Source of the DNA: Fibrobacteria bacterium
Lineage (GTDB): Bacteria > Fibrobacterota > Fibrobacteria > UBA11236
NCBI GenBank assembly: GCA_041746255.1
Contig: JBGTHM010000117.1
Coordinates: 1-21,574 of the forward strand
Direction of reading: 5' to 3'
DNA: 21,574 nt
This document shows, piece by piece, positions 15,117 to 21,574 of this stretch. Position numbers and translations under genes: made by a program. The notes beneath the pieces were generated by a model. That model had not been told where the DNA came from. It saw nothing but the letters and a program-made list of their open reading frames with translations, and searched no databases. Positions within the stretch are counted from its first letter, which is position 1. Each line of letters starts with the position of its first letter.

Positions 15117-16700
15117 ATGCGACGATACCTCCTGATGGGTCACTTTTTGCCCATCGGCGCTTACGCTCCCATATTCCTCTATTCTCAAAACCAGCATCGC
15201 TTTCCCGCGGAAGCGCTCGTCCGTCCCGTGGTCTTCGTTCTTATGCTGCTGCTTTTAGCCTGGGGAGCGATGAGTTTGCTGGTACGGGATTGCGCCAAGG
15301 CCGCTGTTTTCATCTCCGTGCAAACCCTGTTTTTTTTCAGTTACGGGTACGCCTTCGATGCATTGAAGCAATGGCATGGGGAGCGCCTGCTGGATTTCCT
15401 GGGGTGGCACATTGTTCTCTGGGTGTTCTGGTTGCTGTCTTCCGCTGCGCTGCTTTTCCTGCTGCTCCGCATGAGACGACTGCCTGGGAGAGCCCATGTC
15501 TTTTTTCACTGCCTCGCTTTGGTGCTTTTGAGCCTGCCGATACTGGCCATAGCGCGGTTTCACCTCACGGAGCGGACTTGGGAATCCACGGGAAAAGTCG
15601 ATGCGTTTGGGGAAAATTGGATCAATTCGCTCAACGCCCGGGTGCCGGATGAATTGCCGGACATTTACCATATCGTACTGGACGCGCACACGCGCCTGGA
15701 TGTACTGCGGGACGTATACGGTTATGATGCCGGCGACTTGGAACGTTTCCTTGAGGAGGAGGGCTTCCACATTGCGGACAAGAGCTATTCGAATTACAAC
15801 AGAACTTACCCGTCGCTCACGTCCATGCTCAACTTTGAGTATGTCCAGACCCTCGTTCCGGATTTGCGGGAAAATTCAATTGATTGGAACTTGTTGAACG
15901 AACACAAGGGAAATCCCCGCATCGTACGCATATTCAAGGAACTCGGGTACCGCTATGTCGTGCTGCAAAATGGTTGGGAAAAGGAAGAAGGGGAGTATGC
16001 CGACACTTTCATCGGACCCCAGCATTCCCTAAGGGGGATTTACGTTAACGAATTCGACAATGGGGTCCTCGCCATGACGCCCATCCCTTTTGTCTTCCGC
16101 CGTTTCAGTCCGGGGCTGATGCATTTCTCGGCTTTCGACCGGGAAAGGATTGTGTGGTCCTTGCAATATATGACAAAAATCCATATCGAAAAGGGTCCCA
16201 AATTCGTGTTCGCCCATCTCATGTCGCCGCATAGGCCGATACTGTTCGGGCCGAACGGAGAGACGATCGAGAATTTCCCCGACCTTGAGCAATTGCGCAT
16301 GTCCGATCCGGAAAAGGCGGCCGAAGGGGTCCGGGGCCAGACCCAATACTTGCATACTCACCTAAGGAAGATCGTGGGCTCCTTGAAAGAACATTCCGGG
16401 GGTCGGGCCATTATCCTCATCAATTCCGATCACGGGGAAGCCCTGGCGCCTTATGATGACGAGATAAACCATGTCTGGCAACAAAATGCCAATCTTCTCG
16501 CGCTTTACCTCCCTCCGGAAATGGACCGGAGTCAGCTTGAAGATGAACAATCCCTGGTGAACACGTACCGGATAATCTTGAATGCCGCATTCGGCACTGA
16601 ACTGCCCCTGTTGGAAGATCGGATATTCTATTCCTCCGGTAATTATCGGTTCCGGTTTCGGGATTATACCGACTCCTTGCGCGCCCAGGGCTTTTTTTAA
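15117..16700 (+). CDS. Membrane-anchored sulfatase/alkaline-phosphatase-superfamily protein (LTA-synthase-like architecture)
   Basis: About five N-terminal TM helices; PDIYHIVLDA, SNY..T..SL (Thr nucleophile position), FVFAH...PH.P and SDHG. Confidence 0.8.
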   Translation: MRRYLLMGHFLPIGAYAPIFLYSQNQHRFPAEALVRPVVFVLMLLLLAWGAMSLLVRDCAKAAVFISVQTLFFFSYGYAFDALKQWHGERLLDFLGWHIVLWVFWLLSSAALLFLLLRMRRLPGRAHVFFHCLALVLLSLPILAIARFHLTERTWESTGKVDAFGENWINSLNARVPDELPDIYHIVLDAHTRLDVLRDVYGYDAGDLERFLEEEGFHIADKSYSNYNRTYPSLTSMLNFEYVQTLVPDLRENSIDWNLLNEHKGNPRIVRIFKELGYRYVVLQNGWEKEEGEYADTFIGPQHSLRGIYVNEFDNGVLAMTPIPFVFRRFSPGLMHFSAFDRERIVWSLQYMTKIHIEKGPKFVFAHLMSPHRPILFGPNGETIENFPDLEQLRMSDPEKAAEGVRGQTQYLHTHLRKIVGSLKEHSGGRAIILINSDHGEALAPYDDEINHVWQQNANLLALYLPPEMDRSQLEDEQSLVNTYRIILNAAFGTELPLLEDRIFYSSGNYRFRFRDYTDSLRAQGFF

Positions 16701-16813
16701 ATTGGCAATCACGCTTCCTCCCACTCACTTTCCCCGGTGGGGCAGGGGATGGACAGCAAGCCAGCCATCGGGTTGCCTGACAGTACGGAGTAAGGGTTCG
16801 GAATTGAGGAAGA

Positions 16814-17227
16814 TCAACCGGCAATTTTTAGGGATTTATTGAGATAAGGCATATATTCCTTATCGGAACCCAGAATATGCCGCATCAACCAAACCTTGAG
16901 GAAACTCGTCAACTTGCCCGCGACTTCATAACTTTGTTCTTGGAGATATTTTTTCTCCAGTGATTCCAAAATTTTCAATAACTCCTGATGGCTGCGCTTG
17001 TGGACGGAAAATCTCGGATAGCCGGAGCGATACATAAGCTCTTCCTCGTCTCGGAAATGTTTGCCGGTAAAGGCCGTGAGCCGCTGCAAAAATATTTTCG
17101 CCTGCAAGGTTTGCCCGGTTTGGTGGTAGGAATAAAATTCATTCATGAGGTGGATTAATATCCGGTGCTGTTCGTCCAAACCTTCATTGTTAACGGAATA
17201 ATTCGGAGTCCAAACGAACTTTTTCAT
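16814..17227 (-). CDS. Single-domain bacteriohemerythrin
   Basis: Iron ligands DEQH, HF..EE..M, H...H and WL..HI...D..Y; GGGAG RBS before ATG 17227. Confidence 0.92.
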   Translation of the reverse strand: MKKFVWTPNYSVNNEGLDEQHRILIHLMNEFYSYHQTGQTLQAKIFLQRLTAFTGKHFRDEEELMYRSGYPRFSVHKRSHQELLKILESLEKKYLQEQSYEVAGKLTSFLKVWLMRHILGSDKEYMPYLNKSLKIAG

Positions 17228-17446
17228 GTTGTCTCCCACATACCTTGATTATCCGGGGGGCGGGGGATAAGCGCCAGTCTCTTTAACCTAGGTGCCAAGA
17301 TGGCAATAAAAGGGCATTGGCAGCATCCTATTGGAAAAGCGAATACCCGGTCATGTCTGCTTCGATTTTACCCATAGCTTGGCGCCGCTTTGGGCAATCT
17401 ACCCTCCAATTCCAAAAAAAATATTAGAATTGGCTGGGAGGTTGGC

Positions 17447-17998
17447 ATGGCTCTTAATATTGAAAGTATCTGGAACGACTACAGAACGAAAGTATTCCAT
17501 TTCGTTAAACGCCGCGTCAGCGATCCCGGTGAAGCAGAAGACATAACCCAGGATGTTTTTGTAAAAATATTCCAGAAAATTGAATCGCTTCAAACAGAGG
17601 ACAAATTACAGAGTTGGCTATTTCAAATTACCCGGAACGCAATCATCGATTATTACCGCTCCAAAAAACCGACATCTGAGCTTCCGGAATTACCTCAGGC
17701 CGATGAAGATTCCGTAGCGAAAACCTTAATAGAACTATCGGAATGCCTTCAGCCGATGATAGCCAGGCTTCCCCAACACTATCAAGAGTCGATTATCCTG
17801 TCGGAGATAGAAGGTAAAACCCACCGGGATATTTCCGAAACTCTGGGTATTTCGCAGTCCGGATCGAAATCAAGAGTTCAGCGAGGACGGGTAATGATAA
17901 AGGAAATGCTGATGGAATGCTGTCAGCTTGAATTCGATAAAAAAGGTCGATTATCCGACTTCGAAAAAAAGGACGAAGCTTGCGAGGGTTGCGGATAA
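17447..17998 (+). CDS. sigZ: ECF RNA polymerase sigma factor SigZ
   Basis: AEDITQDVF.K, SWLFQI.RN.IIDYYR, KSRVQRGR and a C-terminal ECC..E.D..G typical of SigZ; GGGAGG RBS. Confidence 0.88.
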   Translation: MALNIESIWNDYRTKVFHFVKRRVSDPGEAEDITQDVFVKIFQKIESLQTEDKLQSWLFQITRNAIIDYYRSKKPTSELPELPQADEDSVAKTLIELSECLQPMIARLPQHYQESIILSEIEGKTHRDISETLGISQSGSKSRVQRGRVMIKEMLMECCQLEFDKKGRLSDFEKKDEACEGCG

Positions 17999-18005
17999 CC
18001 GACTT

Positions 18006-18033
18006 TGCGTCCTTTTCCGGTTTTCTCCGTCTA
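18006..18033 (+). promoter_or_regulatory. Candidate ECF (SigZ) promoter for arsM
   Basis: TGCGTC, 16 bp, CGTCTA in the sigZ-arsM spacer; a CGTC -10 is typical of ECF promoters. Confidence 0.5.
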
Positions 18034-18078
18034 TAGGGGTGAGTGTACTTGATAACACCTTTACAGGAGAAAATTCCC

Positions 18079-19059
18079 ATGACTGTTTTAAATAAAGATG
18101 AAATCCGCAGTTTGGTACGGGAAAGCTACGGGAAGGTCGCGACATCGAATAGTCCGGGCTGCGGATGCTCCGGCGACGGCTGCTGCGGCACATCCAAGTC
18201 CGAAACGGCAGAAGAGGTCTCGCTGGCGCTAGGCTATTCCGGTGATGAGGTCAACGCCGTCCCCAAAGGCGCAAATATGGGTTTGGGGTGTGGCAACCCC
18301 CAGTCCATTGCGAGCCTGAAAACCGGCGAGGTCGTACTGGATCTCGGAAGCGGCGGAGGGTTCGATGCTTTTTTAGCCGCGCGCCAAGTGGGGGATTCCG
18401 GAAGCGTTATCGGAGTCGACATGACCTCTGAAATGATCTCCAAAGCGAGAGCGGGTGCGGAAAAAGGAGGTTACCGAAACGTTGAATTCCGTCAGGGTTT
18501 AATTGAAAATCTTCCCGTTGCCAGTGATTCGGTGGACGTCATTATTTCAAATTGCGTCATTAACCTTTCCCCGGACAAGCCGCGCGTATTTTCAGAAGCA
18601 TTCCGGGTTTTAAAACCAGGCGGCCGGTTGGCGGTTTCGGATATTGTGGCTTTCGCGCCGCTTCCGGAAGCAGTAAAATCAAATATGGAACACTTTACGG
18701 GTTGCTTTGCCGGGGCTTCCATGATTTCCCAGGTTGAAGATATGCTGCGAAACGCAGGATTTGAACGCATAAGGGTATCGCCGGTAGATAAGAGCAAGAC
18801 CTTTATGGGTGATTGGGTTCCCGGTATGAACATTACCGATTTTGCTCTATCCGCTTCGATTGAAGCAGTAAAGCCTTTCCGAGGTGGAACTGCCAAATCG
18901 TCGCCGGAATCGGCGGAGAAGAAAGCAGCAGCTACGGCATCTGGCTGTTGCGGAGGACCCGCCGCCAAAGGGGTTGATGCTTGCTGTGTTTTGGATGCAC
19001 AGGAAAAAGCCAAGGGGAACTCCGGTTGTGGCTGTAACGATCCCGCAGGACGGGCGTGA
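18079..19059 (+). CDS. arsM: Arsenite S-adenosylmethionine methyltransferase with a Cys-rich C-terminal extension
   Basis: VR..YG.VA, N-terminal CC, GLGCGNP, VLDLGSGGGFD, IISNCVINL and GCFAGA; AGGAGA RBS before ATG 18079. Confidence 0.9.
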   Translation: MTVLNKDEIRSLVRESYGKVATSNSPGCGCSGDGCCGTSKSETAEEVSLALGYSGDEVNAVPKGANMGLGCGNPQSIASLKTGEVVLDLGSGGGFDAFLAARQVGDSGSVIGVDMTSEMISKARAGAEKGGYRNVEFRQGLIENLPVASDSVDVIISNCVINLSPDKPRVFSEAFRVLKPGGRLAVSDIVAFAPLPEAVKSNMEHFTGCFAGASMISQVEDMLRNAGFERIRVSPVDKSKTFMGDWVPGMNITDFALSASIEAVKPFRGGTAKSSPESAEKKAAATASGCCGGPAAKGVDACCVLDAQEKAKGNSGCGCNDPAGRA

Positions 19060-19106
19060 CAAAAAGCGGGCGAAAGCGTGCCGACGGACTGTCGGTTCGC
19101 AGCCGG

Positions 19107-21119
19107 CTACTTCGAAATGGATTTGACTTCCAGCAGGCTCCTCAGCTTTTCCAATAATACCGGCGGAGAAAAGGGCTTGTTCATAAACTCCATTTCACTG
19201 TCCAGCACGCCGTGGTGGAGAATGACGTCGTCGGTATACCCGGAAACGAAAAGCGTCTTGATTCCGGGACGCAGCTTCGCCATTTTTTCGGATAGCATCC
19301 GGCCGCCCATTTCCGGCATCACCACGTCGGTCAGGAGAAGATGGATTTCGCCGCTATATTCCCTCGCAATGCGCAGCGCGCTTTTTCCGCTTTCAGCGCG
19401 CATCACATGGTAGCCTTTGCTTTTCAATAAATATTCCAAAAACCTTCCCACGGATTCTTCGTCCTCTACCACCAGGATGGTTTTGCCGCTTAAGTGGAGC
19501 GCTTCATCGGATTTTACCTCTACAGGGGTTTCCTCGGCCAATCGGTTGGCGGCGGGGAGCAGGATGGTAAATGTCGAACCCTTGTTTGGCGCGCTCTTCA
19601 CTAGAATATTTCCACCGGACTGGATTACAATCCCGTGAACCGTGGAAAGCCCCATGCCGGTTCCTTTTCCCAATTCCTTGGTAGTGAAAAAAGGCTCGAA
19701 TACCTGGGATAGCGTTTGTTCGTCCATTCCAAAACCGTCATCCCGCACCGTCAAGGTGACGTAGTCTCCGGGTTCGGTGTCCGGATAAAGCAAGGCATTT
19801 GCCTTACCTACTGACAAGGTTCCCGTTTCAATCCAGATTCTACCGCCACCGGGCATGGCATCGCGAGCGTTGAGGGTCAAGTTGAGTATGACCTGCTCCA
19901 TTTGAGTGGGGTCGGCCTTAACGCCTGGGAGGTCCGTAGGCAAGTTGAATTTCAACGCGATATCCTCACCGATGAGTCGCTGGAGCATGTTTCCGACATT
20001 GTTCACCAGGCGGCTGAGATCCAGAACTTGAAAGGCCATTATCTGTTGGCGGCTGTAAGCCAACAGTTGTTTGGTCAAGGAGGCTGCGCGCGTTCCGGAT
20101 TTCTGGATTTCCTCCAGTCCCATGCGGAGGGCTTCGCGGTCATCCAATTGCTCCAATAGCAAGGCGCTAAAGCCGTTTATGGCGGTAAGCATGTTGTTGA
20201 AGTCATGCGCTATTCCACCGGCCAATTTGCCAATCGCTTCCACCTTTTGCGATTGCAGGAGTTTTTCCTTGCCTTTGCGTATCTCTTCTTCCGCCGCAAT
20301 TCTGTCGCTGATGTCGATAGTGGCGCCCAACATGCGTACCGGCTTACCGTCCGTATAGGAAATTACTTTACCTCTCGAATACAGCCAGCGAAGGCCTTTT
20401 TTCGGATGCATGACACGAAATTGCACTTCGGCAAGCGGGTTTCCCTGCAAGACAGCTTCGATGCTTACTGCCAATCGCTCCCTATCCTGAGGGTGGTAAA
20501 AGGGCTCGAGGTCAAAAATGCTTCCACTGAAATTGGTGGGGTCTATCCCGTAAAAACTGTAGAATTTACTGGAGCCAACTAATTTATCGTCGGGAATGTT
20601 CCATTCCCAAACGCCGATTTTTCCCGCATCCAGGGCCAGGCGTAGGCGCTCCTCTCCGGTTTCCAGGCGTTTGAGGGTATTGCGAAGTTCATATTGATGG
20701 ATTCGGGCGCGCAATGCCATTTGTATGGTGCTGATAAGGGTCAATTTCCTGAAGGGCCGTTCCAGATAGGTTACGTTACCGGAAGGAGCGAAAATGTTGA
20801 GGGTCTTCAACTGGGTTTCACTGATAACTCCGCCGCTGGTTAGAATAATGATAGGAATGTCCGACCACGGATCCTGCTGCGAAATTCGCGTAGTGAGCAC
20901 CTCCAGGCCGTTAAGCAGCAAGGCCTCTTCCGCCAACAGCAAAACACTTGCACCTTTGTTCCACTCGGAGAGGAGACCGTTGAAATTCGCACATTCAACC
21001 GCGTAAAATTCGGATTTCGTTAATACCTCGCGCGCCATCTTCGCATCCCGTCCGGTGGGAGCCAGAATAAGGATGCGCTCATCCACGGGATTCAGGGGCT
21101 TTCCATTGGCATACAGCAT
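19107..21119 (-). CDS. Hybrid sensor histidine kinase (pseudo-receiver, PAS, HisKA, HATPase, receiver)
   Basis: RILILAPTGRDA degenerate receiver; G.WEWN...HPQDR PAS; AHDFNN H-box; NARDAM, FEPFFTTK and GTGMGL; C-terminal TDVVMP receiver. Confidence 0.92.
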   Translation of the reverse strand: MLYANGKPLNPVDERILILAPTGRDAKMAREVLTKSEFYAVECANFNGLLSEWNKGASVLLLAEEALLLNGLEVLTTRISQQDPWSDIPIIILTSGGVISETQLKTLNIFAPSGNVTYLERPFRKLTLISTIQMALRARIHQYELRNTLKRLETGEERLRLALDAGKIGVWEWNIPDDKLVGSSKFYSFYGIDPTNFSGSIFDLEPFYHPQDRERLAVSIEAVLQGNPLAEVQFRVMHPKKGLRWLYSRGKVISYTDGKPVRMLGATIDISDRIAAEEEIRKGKEKLLQSQKVEAIGKLAGGIAHDFNNMLTAINGFSALLLEQLDDREALRMGLEEIQKSGTRAASLTKQLLAYSRQQIMAFQVLDLSRLVNNVGNMLQRLIGEDIALKFNLPTDLPGVKADPTQMEQVILNLTLNARDAMPGGGRIWIETGTLSVGKANALLYPDTEPGDYVTLTVRDDGFGMDEQTLSQVFEPFFTTKELGKGTGMGLSTVHGIVIQSGGNILVKSAPNKGSTFTILLPAANRLAEETPVEVKSDEALHLSGKTILVVEDEESVGRFLEYLLKSKGYHVMRAESGKSALRIAREYSGEIHLLLTDVVMPEMGGRMLSEKMAKLRPGIKTLFVSGYTDDVILHHGVLDSEMEFMNKPFSPPVLLEKLRSLLEVKSISK

Positions 21120-21574
21120 CAGATAACATCCGACATCGAATTCACGTCATTGGTGAAACTCGGTAGACCCTTCATTATTCCTTGAAAACTATGCAGCGGG
21201 TTGCCTATTTTCAGGCCCCCATCGATTATGCTCAATTCGCGAATGGTATTTTCATGTGGACCGCCTCGTTTTTTGATGACGGATACGGCTTTTTTGATGG
21301 CGCCGCCATATTCAAAATAGCGAAGGAGAACCACCGTATCGGCAAGGTAGGTCAAATCCGCCGGTACTTTCATTTCGCCCAAAAGCCCATGCTGGGCCAT
21401 GACCAGAATGGTCGCTACGCCTTGTTGGCTCAAATAAGAAAGCAGTTCATGCAATTGCAGGATAAGAAATTTTTCCTGGGGCATGGCGTTTTGGTAGCCG
21501 TTAATACTATCGATGACCACTACGCGTACATCTTCAATCTTTACGGCTTGCCGAAGATTATGGGCCATTTGCCC
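21119..21574 (-). CDS. kaiC: KaiC/RAD55-like ATPase, C-terminal part (5' end lies outside the window)
   Basis: VVIDSING Walker B, TYLADTVVLLRYFE and KKR.G.HE.TIRE; the frame is open to the window edge; TGATG overlap with the kinase. Confidence 0.85.
   Translation of the reverse strand, partial: GQMAHNLRQAVKIEDVRVVVIDSINGYQNAMPQEKFLILQLHELLSYLSQQGVATILVMAQHGLLGEMKVPADLTYLADTVVLLRYFEYGGAIKKAVSVIKKRGGPHENTIRELSIIDGGLKIGNPLHSFQGIMKGLPSFTNDVNSMSDVI

Overview
Bacterial accessory region. The secreted proteins carry 'YDLKG'/'HDLQGR'-type sorting-like modules, which suggests Fibrobacterota or a related FCB lineage (inference). The window opens in the terminal repeats of an IS21-family element, followed by a stop-interrupted trypsin-like protease and a secreted GH-A-like glycoside hydrolase. 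Next is a toxin-antitoxin-rich island (about 2950-9300). It holds an intact brnT-brnA pair, dinJ with a truncated yafQ, two further brnA copies each cut at the start of the DNA-binding domain, two IS3-like orphan ends, and a translationally coupled three-gene operon (TIGR04255 protein, HTH protein, MazF/PemK-like protein) that is the best candidate for an undescribed defence or TA system. The right half has an AztD-like metal-binding propeller behind a Fur/Zur-like box, a palindrome-rich spacer and an enolase-superfamily enzyme. It continues with a PL14-like lyase that has a stop in its signal peptide, a YLDPG small protein plus a membrane sulfatase-like gene, hemerythrin, sigZ-arsM, and a kaiC-like ATPase (partial) coupled to a hybrid histidine kinase. 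All family calls come from motif recognition by eye; no database searches were run.
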